Sequence record: DRR723986_5537
Reading direction: 5' to 3' (one strand)
Length of the DNA stretch: 49,189 nucleotides
Shown here: piece after piece, positions 31,201-40,819 of the stretch
Layout: each line of letters opens with the position of its first letter
Numbering within the stretch: position 1 is the first letter of the stretch
Notes under the pieces: model-generated
Told to the model about the DNA's origin: nothing
The model's database searches: none
The model's input: the letters and a program-made list of their open reading frames with translations, nothing else
Translations under genes and position numbers: made by a program

Positions 31201-34200
31201 GCCATTCGTGATAGTCAAGTCCATGCGTCGACAGTTAGCGTAGTTGCCGACAGCCAATCGAGAATCAATGCTACGATCACCAACGCGTCCATTGCGGCTG
31301 GACTTAGCCTGGGAAGTGGCGGTGGGTTGGGGCTTGGGATCAACGACGCCCGCAACGTCATCGGCGATAGCAGCAGTAATCGTTCTCAGCCCGAGCTTGC
31401 GAACCAAGTCATCGCGTCAATCGAGGGCGATACGACCATAGATGCTAGCGGTTCGGTATCGGTGCTCGCTTCCAACAGCGATTCGATCACCGCGGCAATG
31501 AATGCGAATGCCGTGTCAGCGGCCGGATCGCCAGGTGCCTCGGGTGCAGTCGCCGGTGCAGGGACGGCGGCATACAGCACTGTCGCCAGCGAGGTTGTCG
31601 CACAGATTACTGGACACACTGAAAGTGGAACCGCACGGGCAAGCGTCAACTCTGGGGAAAATGTTCGCGTAACCGCAGCCGATGAGTCCGATGTGAAGAC
31701 AATCGTTGGTAGCGTAACCGTCAGCGCGGTCGTAGGAGTTTACGCTGGCAACGCGTCGATCTCGGTGTCGAAAGCTGAATCAGACGTTGGCAACTTGGTA
31801 AAATCCACGATAGAGAACGCCGATGTCGTCGCGGATCAACACATTGCGGTGCGGGCTGTTGAAAAGTCCGACATCGAGACTTTCTCGTTCACCACCGGTG
31901 TTGGCGCTACGATCGCAATCGGGGGCAATGTCACTGGCGGCGGAGCGATCGCATATGGTCGGATGGACTCAACGGTCCGCTCGAGTGTAGCCGGCAGCAA
32001 ACTCGCCGCAGGCTCAAGCGTGGCCGTTACGTCACAGTCGACCTCGGAAGTGGATTCCGACACCAAACCATTGGGTGTGTCGGTGCTGGGGCTAGCGGCC
32101 GGGGGCAGTGTCCCGACTGCCATCATTAGACCAACCGTAGAGTCGCTGTTTTCGCTGACCGAGATCGTCGCAAACGATTTCCGCGTGGAAGCCGATTTCT
32201 ATCCAATAGCAACCGCTGATGCAGCAGGCTTCCAAATCGCGTTTGGTGCAACCGTGGGAGCGTCAGATGCCACTGTTGAAGTTGGTGGTCGAGTCAATGC
32301 GGCTGTTGCAAGTGGTGACAAGCGCGTCGATGTGGATCGTTTGACTATCGACAGCGCTATGATTCCACGGAGACTCGGGGGCAGCTCGGATATCGCTTCC
32401 TCGGCAACGGCTAACGCGTCGAGCGGAGGCATCTTGTTGGGGACCAACTCAGCTTACTCGGAGTCGATCGACAGCAGTCAAGTGATCGCGCGCATTGGCG
32501 ACCTGTCGAGCAACATTCACGTCGGAACCGCAACCCTCGTAAGGGCCAACTCGTCCAACTTGCAACGCACTGAATCCGATGCCTATTCGGGTGGGGTCAT
32601 CGGCATCGGTGTACCAACTGCCTATATTGAAAACAGCTTGACGACGAAAGCAACCTTGGGAACCGGAGTCAACATCGACGGCGGTTCACTGTCTGTCGTT
32701 GCCGACGGACACTCCAATGCACTTTCGGATGCAAACGCGGGCACCGGTGGCGGTGCCGCCACCAGCATCACGCAAAGCAAGGTAGACAATCGCAGTGTGA
32801 CTGAGGCAGGCGTTGGAGTCTCAGCGGGTCGACCGTTTGCTGCTGGCGCACTGAACGTTGACTCGTTGACGATCGACGCCGATTTCCTCACGCAGACCAA
32901 CGCCGTTCTCGGTGCGGTCGCCGGTGGGCTCGTCTCTGGGCAAGGCGGTTTCGTTTACAACGACGTGCATTCTGACGTGACAGCCACGGTTGGCAATCAG
33001 ACGACCGTAACAGCAAACACGATTGACATTGATGCCAGCCAGCATGTTGCCAAACCTGATCTTGGCAAAGCGGGCAACGTAGATGCGACCACAGGCGGAC
33101 TTGTCACCGGCGGCGGCGTGGGCAGTCACACGACTCTAACTCTCAACACCGTTACCAACGTTGGTGAAGGAGCGACGCTTCGTGCAACCGGCGGCGCCTC
33201 AGCGATTTTGGCTCTGGGCTCGGAAAATTCAATTCGAGCCGCTGATAGAATGACCGTTCGAGCTGGCGGAGTGGGCGCCCAGGCGCATGTAGATGCTTCC
33301 ATCATCTCCGATCAGATGAATGCCCGGGTCAGCGTTGCCGAGAGTGCCATACTCGAAAGTTCCGGTACGATCGAAATTGAGGCCACAGGGACAGCGAACG
33401 TAAAGATTCAATCCAACTCCGATGCTTATGGAGCTGTGACAATCGGTAGTGGGTTCGCAGAAGTTGCACTGCGGCCTAAAAACGAAATCCACGTTCATGA
33501 GAACGCCCGACTGACCGCAGCCAGTGATATCAGCTTGGTTGCAGGAGTCGATACTCGCGACAAAGCCAACTACCAAATTGAATCCAGGATGGAGACTTTC
33601 GGTGGCAGTTTGATTCCACTCGAGTTCATCGACGGCGTTGCATCACTCTTAGAAACCAATCGTATCAAGATCGATTCTGGTTCAACGGTCGAATCCGGCG
33701 GCAACATTGATTTGCTATCCGAACGCATTGGTGAAAACAGTGTGGCTGGAATCGCGAAAGCCACAAACTGGGTCAGTGGTATCGACGACTTGATCAGTGG
33801 GAGGACGGCGGTGGGTGGAATCGAGCAAACCGGCGGCAGCTCTACCACTGCAGCATTCGGTGCTGTCACAGTCGATGGGACAGTAAGAACCGGAACCGAT
33901 CGACTTCGGTCGCTGACCATTACCGGTGTCTCGTTGAAAGACGGTGGCGATCCAACTTCCGCCGATGCTTATGTGGTGAATGCGACGGGCAATATTGAGT
34001 TTGAACAGCGTTTGGAAGTTGTGCGAAGTGCTCTGCACGATGACTTAGAGAGAGCCCTCGAACAACTTGCTGAATACGAAGACAACAATGGCACCAGAAA
34101 TTTTTACAACAGCGAAGTCACTCGCCTACGAGAAGAGTTGCGCAAACAAGGCCTGTTGTCACGTCCAGAACCGTCTGCGCCCGAACTGCCGACGGAACAG

Positions 34201-37200
34201 AATGCAGTCGTCGTTTCGGTTCAAGACGTTTTTGCTCAAGCAGGTGCGATTCGGGTCAGTGGCGATCGACTTGTAGGCAGCGGCCGGATTGAAGCGCCCG
34301 GAGACGCAGGCATTAGCATCGTCAATGAATCGCTTGCGCATATCGAGCTTTCTCAAATCGAGATTGCTGATTCGACTGGCGGCGTACGACTCAACGCAAC
34401 AGGCGTATCAGAAGTGGGTGGCGGTGAGCTTGCTGCAATCAATTCTGCTATTGCAACGGAGAACCTTGGCCGTGGTCTAGTTTCCGACCTCGCATTCTCC
34501 AGCGAACCTGAGTATTTCGCGAGCGCCGAGTTTAGTAGCGTGGTAGGTTCAGCAAGCGCGCCTGTTCCGAAGATCTCTGTGGCGAACACTGCACCTACAA
34601 CAACAATCGACGGCACTACTTATCCATGGCCGAACATTAGTGTCGTGAGTCAGCAGCCGAACGACACGTCGGTTCGCAACCTGAATGGTGAGGTTGAACT
34701 CATCAATCATCCGAGCGGTGCGGGCAGCATCATTATCACCGGACAGATCATTGCGGCTGAACTCGTGACTCGCGCGGGCAGTCAGGGCACCGCAACGATC
34801 AGCTTGCCCGGTGCTACTTCAATCTATGAAGTCGGCGGATCTGAATTCGCAAGCATCCACAAGCAACTTTACGATACTCAGACCTATCCGGGTATCGTCC
34901 CTTTAGATGCGAGGCCAAATTCGAATCCCCGATTCACCGACTATTTAGCAACGGTGCCGACTACACCTAGCATCTCGGCTAGCCGAATCTTCATTGAAGC
35001 AAACTTTATCAACGTAAACGGACTCATTCAGAGTGGTCAATCAGATTTTAGACTGAGTATTGGTAGCGAAGTTGCATCGGAGATTGCCGCCGGGGTTGCT
35101 GCTGGTAAGACGGGCGTTCAAGTCTTGCAAGCGCAGCCGAGCACAGACTTTACGATTAGTTACGACTACGATAGAGAGAGGATCATAGTCAGCGAGTTGG
35201 CTGTAAGCGGCGGTTATGTCGAACTGACGGGAAATGTAGCCAACACCCGGCAAGGTGAGATTCAAGTCTTTGCTGGTTACGCAGACATCATAATTGACAA
35301 CCAAACTGACTATGCCATCGAGCTGAATCGCATCGATGCAGCGCGGCGAGGAGAAGGAACAGTCATTATCAACGACTTAGGTCGTGGTGACGGTACGACT
35401 CCAGAAAGCTACCACTACATCAGAAAGGGAGATCTGATTGAGCAGAGTCGCTTCTTGCTGAACGGAAGTGTAAGTCAGGAACTCTTCGAACTCGACGATT
35501 CCGTGATCTACTTGCCAAAGCCCTTCCTGCGATACGGCTGGGCAGTTGCACAAGATCGGTCCGTGGTGGAGTACAGGACCTATCGATCCTCCAGTTGGCT
35601 CGGTGCCTTCGATGCACTAGCAAGAGACGGAGAGGAAGTTGACCGAACAGTCTACAACGGAACACCTCGAGTTCACGGTTCTGGCGCCTATTTCTTCGAG
35701 CCCAACAACCAAGTCACCAAGCCTCGGTATTCGTACGCAAAGAAAACTTTTACCAATCCAAGTTCAGACCGTGACTGGCGGTACCTCTACGGTTGGGAGG
35801 AGTGGCGTGGGGCATTTCTCTGGGCTGTTAAGGACCATTTTTCCAGATGGAAGAAGACCACAAAGCAGTTGACTCTGCACAGCCACAGCATCCGGGCCGA
35901 TCGCGCCATTGATATCAAGTTCTTTGGACACGATGAAGGCAACCTGGACATCAAGTCAAACGGTGATGTTTACATCGCAGGCGTCTTGGACAACTCATCA
36001 GGCAAGACTTCTATCGCGGCCAACGATTTAACCTCAGTCTACCAGGTGGGAGAACAAGGACTACTGCGGAGCCGTGACATCGCGTTGTCAACGAACTTCT
36101 TTGACACCGGCGAAGTGGGAGGACAGCATTTTGGAACGGAGGCAATGCCACTTAACACGGATTTGCAAAGTCTGAATTTTGACTTTGTTTCAACCGATGC
36201 ACCTGAGACCATTCTCCGCGGACAACGCGTACGCATTGAACCAGGGCACAGTGCAGGTGGCGAGATCGAAGCCGTGTATCGGTTCCTTGGCTTGAGTGAA
36301 GAAATTGATTTTGCGGCCGAGGACTTTACCAACACTGACAACTGGGAACAGGTCGCCCAAACGGCCGGTGTGTATGGTAGGCTCGGCTATCGAAACCAAA
36401 GCGTCCACCTGAACGAAGTCAACGGCGATTTGAAGCTTGGCTATCTGTCTGCAACGTCGATTTCTGCCGCTGCAGACAGGAATATTGTCAGACGCGACGA
36501 CGGGGGCCTGTCTCCTTTCGCCGAATTGATGTCGTTCACTGCAAGAACGGGGAGCATCGGATCTGCGCAGCTTCCACTTACTCTCAACGGCAACGTTGCC
36601 GCCCCGGCCATTAGCGCCTCAGCGGCCAAGGATGTGTATATTGCCTCCGATTTCTCTAATCTCGGTATCGATACGATAGAAGCAGGTGGACATGTCCAGA
36701 TCGATGCAACCGAAGCGGCACGCGTTGAGGACGTCAACTCAGACGCTGTCGAAGATACTCGCGCAATTGAGGAGATTACGCAAGAGGTTTGGATCGACTT
36801 GCAGCTAACGGAGGAGTTCGGAGCCAGTGCTAAGCGACAGGAACGCGTCACTGCGCTTCAAGCCGCACGCTCTCACGACTACCATCGCTATTGGCAGTTT
36901 CGTAACACTCAAGAAGATCCGTCGGTGTATCAACCAGAACACCGGATTGAACTTTCCCAGGCAGAAAAGGACTTCTACCAAGACGAAGACGAGATCACAA
37001 CGCTTGAAAATGCTCGCACGCAACAGTACCACAGTCTGCATTTGTCGGTTGGCTCACTAACATCCGAATACGACGAAGACTACGAGTACCAGGCTTCGGG
37101 CGACGAGCTGTCGGAGATTGACGAGTCGAAGGTGTGGACGATTGACGAACTGACCAATCTGTCGCAACCCTACGGTGTCCTCGGGGTTTCGGATACGGAA

Positions 37201-40200
37201 TTTGTGATCGAGCATCCCAATATCACCGCTGCCAGCGTCACCATCAACGCAGCGAAAGGAATCGGTTCGGTGAAGAACGGCTCCGTCGTTGAACTGAAAC
37301 CTGACGATGCAGACGCCCCAATCAGTCTGCGCGATCGCGCTCTGATCGCCGCCGCTGAACCTGACGATTTCGTCTACCTCAGTAGGGCACCTGTCTTTGT
37401 GCCAGACGTTTTCTTTAATCCAACCGGGCTCCAGCTCCCAAGCCGTGAGCAGTTCTGCCAGGGTGAGTGCCCAAAGTGGAGCGACTATGGGATGGAGGTC
37501 GGTCAAACGATCGTCATCCAGTCGGACAACTTCGCTGTGGAAGAAAGGCTTTTCGAAATCGTCGAATTGGAAGACGACTGGATGCGCGTCAACGCAGACG
37601 ACGTCTTCCCCGGCAAGTACGAGTCGACAAACGCAACGATTGGAGTCGTCATAGATCCTGACCTCCAAGACCAAGCAACCCATTTGCTTATCCGCCGCCG
37701 GGAAGATGTAGACATTAAGAGCCCCGGTCCAATCAATGCGACCAGTGAACACAATATCTTCCTGGGATCTGAAGGCGATTTGCAACTGGAGCGGATCGAA
37801 GCTGGGACCGATGCCTACGACGCTCGCGTCGAGATTCGTGCAACCGGCAACCTTATCAACGCTGCAGAGGACACTGATCAGCCAAACATCGTCGGATCGC
37901 GCGTGCTGCTTGAATCCGCATTGGATAGCATTGGAACCAGCGACCTACCTCTTCGCCTTGCACTAACCGAGAACCATACGCTGATCGCCCGAGCTGATGA
38001 CTTGCTCGCACTGGTGCAGGACAACGCAAACGGCTCTGCTGACTTGCATGTCGATGAACTTTTCTCACGGCGGGAGCCGATCCAGATTCACGCGACTGGC
38101 TCAATCTTAGATGCATTTGCTAGTTCCGTGGCAAACGTCCAAGCACCTGGGATAACACTGACTGCCGGAGGATCAATCGGCACGACGGACAACCCGCTGG
38201 AACTGAATCACACCGGCACCGGGACACTGACAGCCGTTGCTCAGACGGACGTAGTCATCACCGAAACGGCTGGTGACCTGAACCTTCGGCAGGTGTTGGC
38301 ACAGACTGGCGACGTGACCTTGGTTGCCGACTTCTCCATCCTCGATGCGGTCGATGTTGTGGATGCGACGGACTCCGATTCGACGGACTCAGAGCAGATT
38401 ACTGGCCTTCCGCGAACGGACGTTGTTGGTAACTCTGTTACGCTAACCGCAAAATTCGGTACCGTAGGAACGGCAGGCAACGAGGTCGATATCGACTCAA
38501 ACTTCGCTGGCAGCGAGGCAAACCGTGGCAGTGTGAGTAGTTCGAGCGTGGGCAACACCTACATCACCGAAACCACAGGCGACCTGTACCTCGGCCGAAT
38601 TGAGACCGACGACGAAACTGCATTCATTGTGGCACCTGGAGGCGGTATCTATTCGGGCCTGAGGATTGGCGAAGGAAATGTCTTGGGTGGAAAGCTGTGG
38701 GTCTTTGCCGCGGACGACATCGGAACGCCTGACATGCCGCTGGTGAGTTTCGCAACCTCACTTGAAGGTATCTCCACTTCGGGATCAATTTCCTTGGAGC
38801 AGCGCGTACCACTTGAAATCGGTGGAGTAGTCGGCGGTGCTGGTGAAGGTGAAGACAGCAATTTTGCTGACGGGCTCGCTGCTGGGCAGGACGTTACCAT
38901 CCGCGGTGAGCGACTCCGCCTATCGGAGCGCATTGAGGCCGACGGCGACATCGAGTTGGCTCTGAGAGAGTCGTTCACCATGCCTGCCGGGACTTCTATC
39001 GCAGGACGCGGAGGACGCGTTACCATCACTGCCCCGGAGCTGACTGTTGCTAAGGGAGCTGCGATCCACAGCGCTTCTCGCATTCTCATGAGGGCACCGG
39101 CGAAACCAGATGGAACAGGATCAGATGTTTCGCTGGAAGGCAGTCTTCTTGGCGGTGGTATCATCTCGATAAGTAGTTCTCCGCAGGACGATCTGATTCG
39201 TGCGAACATTGAAGAATTCAGTGGAACCCAGTTCATCATTGCCGGCAACGATGGCAACGACGAGATTCACGGGAGTCGTTTCCGCGACTATATCTACGGC
39301 GGTGCCGGTGAAGACACCATTGACGGAGGGCTTGGCTGTGACATTATTCAAGGGCGTGAGGGATTTGATACCTACTTGAACGTCGAGGCCTGCGATAATA
39401 TCGGTACATTGACCGCATCAATCGATCCAGTTGCCGAAGACGCTCCGCGGAACACCGTTGTCGGAACAATTGGCTTTGAAGACCTCGACGAAGAAGATAG
39501 CGTCACCTATCGCCTCGTAGACGAGGATTCTCCCTTTGGAGTTCGTGGCAACGAATTGGTCGTGTTGGATCCCGCCTTACTCAACCGGTCGAGTTCCTAC
39601 AGCATTCCCGTAACGATTGCCGCCGATCACGCTCAGGGCGGAACCACAACGGGGACTTTTGGCATACGCGTGAATGCAGACAACGACACTCCGTTCGGTA
39701 TTCAACTTTCGGGCGACTCGATACCTGAGAATGAATCCGGTGCGGTCATTGGTGATCTGACATTCTCTGACCACGACATCGGCGACGCCCACACCTTCTC
39801 CGTCACTGATGACAGATTTGAAGTTTCAGATGGAATGCTGAAGCTGAAATCAGCAGAGTCGCTTAATCACGAGCTGGAATCTCAGATTGAACTCGGCATC
39901 ACCGTCACCGATCTCGCTGGAGCTTCGACTAGTGCGAACATCGGAATTGACGTACTGAACAGGAACGACATTCCAACTCAGATTGAGTTGCATGATCTGG
40001 CCTTGCTCGAAAACCTCGAGGGCATGCCGATTGGAACCGTTGATGTGATGGACGAGGACGCTGGTGCGGCCTACGACATTCAAGTCGACCATTCACAGCT
40101 TGAGATCGTTGGAAACACAGTTCAGCTCAAGGCCGGCGAATATCTAGATCGCAGCCAAGCCGACCAGTTGACCTTCTCGATCACTGTCATAGATCAATCC

Positions 40201-40623
40201 GAGCCTTCGATTCAATTGACGCAAGAATTCCAGTTCACCATCCAGCCCAACGAAGCCGTTTGGCAAAGCACAACAAACACCCTGGACGTCAATCAAGACG
40301 GATTCATTGCACCGATCGACGTTCTATTGATCGTCAATGCCTTGAACTCCGAAGACGTCCGGGACGCCATACCACTGTCCAACTTTGCATTCCCGAGCAC
40401 TCGAGAATTCGCGTCGCTGAGTCCGTTTTACGACGTTAGCGGCGACAAGTTCCTTACGCCCCTTGATGCACTTCTGGTGATCAACCATCTCAACCGAAAT
40501 GCCGAAGGAGAGCACTCGGGCAGCTTCGCTGGCACACCTGCCGTTCCCGACTTTGCCAAAGACAAGGACCGCCGCGATGAGTACTTCGCCGAGTACCAGG
40601 AGTTCGACACGCCACAGTTCTAA
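25216..40623 (+). CDS. Giant (~5100 aa) extracellular protein/adhesin: planctomycete export motif, long beta-helix-like region, RTX repeats, cadherin-like domains, dockerin
   Basis: LRVETLETRQLL near the N-terminus; long Ala/Gly/Ser/Val-rich repeats; GNDGND/GGAGED/GGLGCD nonapeptides (~39235-39375); cadherin-like units (~39410-40250); DVNQDGFIAPIDVLLIVN...DVSGDKFLTPLDALLVIN dockerin (~40280-40495). ORF is open from 25144. Confidence 0.9.
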   Translation: MALKSRKSRIQKRDEIAKPRRRSLLSRALRVETLETRQLLTGNFEFDSPGTDVELQVVGNAVQIIDQADGSVLAESEIAAIDERISITSRSFRADSLLELDGNSLQVYADTVDLTGAVIRTTDFDDAEDAGALLFEAREIDVLAGSTLDTQTTANSNHVAGRITLRAVDRTSDLNRFFQEAALPAVGDVRSSRLELANSTLLGTNITLIADGNTLSRYDDVAVYQDSIASGVIDALAQTPQIALSAVSPLSGQVKVHEATSSIVVTNSGITSSGWIDVDATAVADSSINALAINGTNQAFMGSVGFSSSTSSATINLLGNTSFDAASYIDIETSAVSTAETTTRSEGGSDVSSEELDVAFNLALALTNEVSTIDVGQGVTIESNGRVNLDAQGTVTNKAKADTAVFEDGKAAFSVAVGVDNAEVRANVAGTITSHDAGQVRKVTVPASAFDAATNQVQLTVPANAPLRVGERIRYGAAPAADTGLIDQAEYIVAEATQPEALGHGQVSQRVRLTRATSLPLDARQVPEDSEHTLAKLAVVEFPVSAISTESGTGDGRIELTLPAGVEQVTYLGPDTPEEDEPEPEGIPGLVQNDRYDVVRDGSNIKLRSIDTGVIVDFTAPADGPDHGFSYHESVVSFRPRQAVDHATGRITLPTGHGLQTGDLLVYGVDPERSIAREVGAFDAEGKPATKLGDVTLPDAPIQGLESSIAYRVIVDAHRPNEVRLARNLIHAELAKTSNLLPVNSGTFEFERLELQEGIRVNAHLDATNFAQAGVNLANSEQPWPSLVQGASNGRLDDIGQLGFRFIDQLRDGIRANGKQQAESETSTQSDTNLDLAGSLSVAVFEHLVQAEISDAAEQKTLGDLTIEATTEQALKLGVTAESTRNGLNETHDVEGRELALGVGVGVYSTTTHAIVDDSAKLDAAGNTNVHAGVSYPLLTQTEGNQHTVSTGLAGFNAWLSGDLDFTNLTNVYSRSLASGDGNDDSKVLAIGGGIALTFTNNDVLAQVASDAQINQDTGYFRPGRVVDVTASLDATMIEVGQMMSVNLSVPGIMEAIVKGVDKQHDVTTFLSELVNPLGVSGDKAFGGTLIVNTATGNVTAEIESGVTVSAEKLDVLADSDTYNFAGVQTGTGSTEIGFSAAIAASNLSSTTKAAIHEGAKINAPVLTIEANDELDRTTYAGAVLKGQQAGIGTSIGVNIVQQNVAAFMGREDATGATSAAQSYALGSARIAAQALGTVETIAISGAVQGLGGASADASSRQTGPLAITAPVVYNSVTTDVDAYLDGPQFAEVGSLEIAAHDGTSSKALVIGGSFAFQTAAGANAGKLNLAGAGAVAINHKHQTVDAAIHDSLVKGISDITVRATESSEVVADAGGLALAFGTGPNRGTALSFGTSVAINDVSGHTKAIVDNSTIDMQVSSGDLLVSATSIGGADDEPASRIRGLALGGAASGSTLPATATLGALGAAARNWVNRTVSAEITNDSDVQLAQGGIRVLAKDEGSIVADVGGLSLSGGVATKINGALGVGLAFNEVENATIARIENSDVSSDGAILVQANLPVDDSTAKPATIDALSVAGSLAVAGSQGLSASLAGAGSGSNNQIRNTITAEIIDSDVDSHAGSIDVQAHDATSIVATTVGAAIDAAFASGFSGVVSVGLSIARNEIDNTTLAKIDGGKVSTREDTGTQVNVHAADDGSISAVAVAASIAVGVSIAPAFSLSGGGAEASNIVLSDADTLIQNAEIATGTLSVTTDSSATIRSDVVGVTAGVAGSAAAGATASIGAAVANNFVGYLIDGNKEDARSHAQIFGSTIDASTIELISDSSQDIEATTFVGGFVVAATGGAAASAAGSGSRTSNRIGSSTFANLDAASAPAIDVSDQLRLHATDRSTVHANTTATTVAGFASGGAGGAFQIGLSLAENVLDNRVEALLSSVSFADPSSPPVVDLRAKQSEESVIDSNSVAVSVSGAAASGIAGGIGVAGASSVNTVSNKTLAAIRDSQVHASTVSVVADSQSRINATITNASIAAGLSLGSGGGLGLGINDARNVIGDSSSNRSQPELANQVIASIEGDTTIDASGSVSVLASNSDSITAAMNANAVSAAGSPGASGAVAGAGTAAYSTVASEVVAQITGHTESGTARASVNSGENVRVTAADESDVKTIVGSVTVSAVVGVYAGNASISVSKAESDVGNLVKSTIENADVVADQHIAVRAVEKSDIETFSFTTGVGATIAIGGNVTGGGAIAYGRMDSTVRSSVAGSKLAAGSSVAVTSQSTSEVDSDTKPLGVSVLGLAAGGSVPTAIIRPTVESLFSLTEIVANDFRVEADFYPIATADAAGFQIAFGATVGASDATVEVGGRVNAAVASGDKRVDVDRLTIDSAMIPRRLGGSSDIASSATANASSGGILLGTNSAYSESIDSSQVIARIGDLSSNIHVGTATLVRANSSNLQRTESDAYSGGVIGIGVPTAYIENSLTTKATLGTGVNIDGGSLSVVADGHSNALSDANAGTGGGAATSITQSKVDNRSVTEAGVGVSAGRPFAAGALNVDSLTIDADFLTQTNAVLGAVAGGLVSGQGGFVYNDVHSDVTATVGNQTTVTANTIDIDASQHVAKPDLGKAGNVDATTGGLVTGGGVGSHTTLTLNTVTNVGEGATLRATGGASAILALGSENSIRAADRMTVRAGGVGAQAHVDASIISDQMNARVSVAESAILESSGTIEIEATGTANVKIQSNSDAYGAVTIGSGFAEVALRPKNEIHVHENARLTAASDISLVAGVDTRDKANYQIESRMETFGGSLIPLEFIDGVASLLETNRIKIDSGSTVESGGNIDLLSERIGENSVAGIAKATNWVSGIDDLISGRTAVGGIEQTGGSSTTAAFGAVTVDGTVRTGTDRLRSLTITGVSLKDGGDPTSADAYVVNATGNIEFEQRLEVVRSALHDDLERALEQLAEYEDNNGTRNFYNSEVTRLREELRKQGLLSRPEPSAPELPTEQNAVVVSVQDVFAQAGAIRVSGDRLVGSGRIEAPGDAGISIVNESLAHIELSQIEIADSTGGVRLNATGVSEVGGGELAAINSAIATENLGRGLVSDLAFSSEPEYFASAEFSSVVGSASAPVPKISVANTAPTTTIDGTTYPWPNISVVSQQPNDTSVRNLNGEVELINHPSGAGSIIITGQIIAAELVTRAGSQGTATISLPGATSIYEVGGSEFASIHKQLYDTQTYPGIVPLDARPNSNPRFTDYLATVPTTPSISASRIFIEANFINVNGLIQSGQSDFRLSIGSEVASEIAAGVAAGKTGVQVLQAQPSTDFTISYDYDRERIIVSELAVSGGYVELTGNVANTRQGEIQVFAGYADIIIDNQTDYAIELNRIDAARRGEGTVIINDLGRGDGTTPESYHYIRKGDLIEQSRFLLNGSVSQELFELDDSVIYLPKPFLRYGWAVAQDRSVVEYRTYRSSSWLGAFDALARDGEEVDRTVYNGTPRVHGSGAYFFEPNNQVTKPRYSYAKKTFTNPSSDRDWRYLYGWEEWRGAFLWAVKDHFSRWKKTTKQLTLHSHSIRADRAIDIKFFGHDEGNLDIKSNGDVYIAGVLDNSSGKTSIAANDLTSVYQVGEQGLLRSRDIALSTNFFDTGEVGGQHFGTEAMPLNTDLQSLNFDFVSTDAPETILRGQRVRIEPGHSAGGEIEAVYRFLGLSEEIDFAAEDFTNTDNWEQVAQTAGVYGRLGYRNQSVHLNEVNGDLKLGYLSATSISAAADRNIVRRDDGGLSPFAELMSFTARTGSIGSAQLPLTLNGNVAAPAISASAAKDVYIASDFSNLGIDTIEAGGHVQIDATEAARVEDVNSDAVEDTRAIEEITQEVWIDLQLTEEFGASAKRQERVTALQAARSHDYHRYWQFRNTQEDPSVYQPEHRIELSQAEKDFYQDEDEITTLENARTQQYHSLHLSVGSLTSEYDEDYEYQASGDELSEIDESKVWTIDELTNLSQPYGVLGVSDTEFVIEHPNITAASVTINAAKGIGSVKNGSVVELKPDDADAPISLRDRALIAAAEPDDFVYLSRAPVFVPDVFFNPTGLQLPSREQFCQGECPKWSDYGMEVGQTIVIQSDNFAVEERLFEIVELEDDWMRVNADDVFPGKYESTNATIGVVIDPDLQDQATHLLIRRREDVDIKSPGPINATSEHNIFLGSEGDLQLERIEAGTDAYDARVEIRATGNLINAAEDTDQPNIVGSRVLLESALDSIGTSDLPLRLALTENHTLIARADDLLALVQDNANGSADLHVDELFSRREPIQIHATGSILDAFASSVANVQAPGITLTAGGSIGTTDNPLELNHTGTGTLTAVAQTDVVITETAGDLNLRQVLAQTGDVTLVADFSILDAVDVVDATDSDSTDSEQITGLPRTDVVGNSVTLTAKFGTVGTAGNEVDIDSNFAGSEANRGSVSSSSVGNTYITETTGDLYLGRIETDDETAFIVAPGGGIYSGLRIGEGNVLGGKLWVFAADDIGTPDMPLVSFATSLEGISTSGSISLEQRVPLEIGGVVGGAGEGEDSNFADGLAAGQDVTIRGERLRLSERIEADGDIELALRESFTMPAGTSIAGRGGRVTITAPELTVAKGAAIHSASRILMRAPAKPDGTGSDVSLEGSLLGGGIISISSSPQDDLIRANIEEFSGTQFIIAGNDGNDEIHGSRFRDYIYGGAGEDTIDGGLGCDIIQGREGFDTYLNVEACDNIGTLTASIDPVAEDAPRNTVVGTIGFEDLDEEDSVTYRLVDEDSPFGVRGNELVVLDPALLNRSSSYSIPVTIAADHAQGGTTTGTFGIRVNADNDTPFGIQLSGDSIPENESGAVIGDLTFSDHDIGDAHTFSVTDDRFEVSDGMLKLKSAESLNHELESQIELGITVTDLAGASTSANIGIDVLNRNDIPTQIELHDLALLENLEGMPIGTVDVMDEDAGAAYDIQVDHSQLEIVGNTVQLKAGEYLDRSQADQLTFSITVIDQSEPSIQLTQEFQFTIQPNEAVWQSTTNTLDVNQDGFIAPIDVLLIVNALNSEDVRDAIPLSNFAFPSTREFASLSPFYDVSGDKFLTPLDALLVINHLNRNAEGEHSGSFAGTPAVPDFAKDKDRRDEYFAEYQEFDTPQF

Positions 40624-40717
40624 ATCGTCTTCCTGAGCGTATTCATAGCAAAGCAGCAGCTTAGGTTGGATGAACCCAACCGAAACAAGCCGCTGGTGGA
40701 TTCTCACGAACAATGCT

Positions 40718-40760
40718 GGTAGCTCACCCCGCGTGCGCGGCGAAGCGTGCCAGCTACTTT
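40718..40760. repeat. Degenerate/collapsed copy of the REP element
   Basis: cggcgaagcgtgccagctac (40738-40757) matches the reverse complement of the 21316 left arm at 18/20; a gtagct partner lies at 40719. Confidence 0.55.
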
Positions 40761-40819
40761 GCCATTTGGCAGATTAAACAATCAGTGTGTGGCAGCGCTG
40801 CTCATTTGATATCGGACGC

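Noticed and set aside
40655-40697. Hairpin after the giant gene as an intrinsic terminator
   Set aside because: A ggttgg/ccaacc stem exists but lacks a poly-U tail on either strand.
25203-40713. Many short antisense and alternate-frame ORFs inside the giant gene
   Set aside because: Shadow ORFs expected from GC-rich, Ala/Gly/Ser-biased coding sequence.
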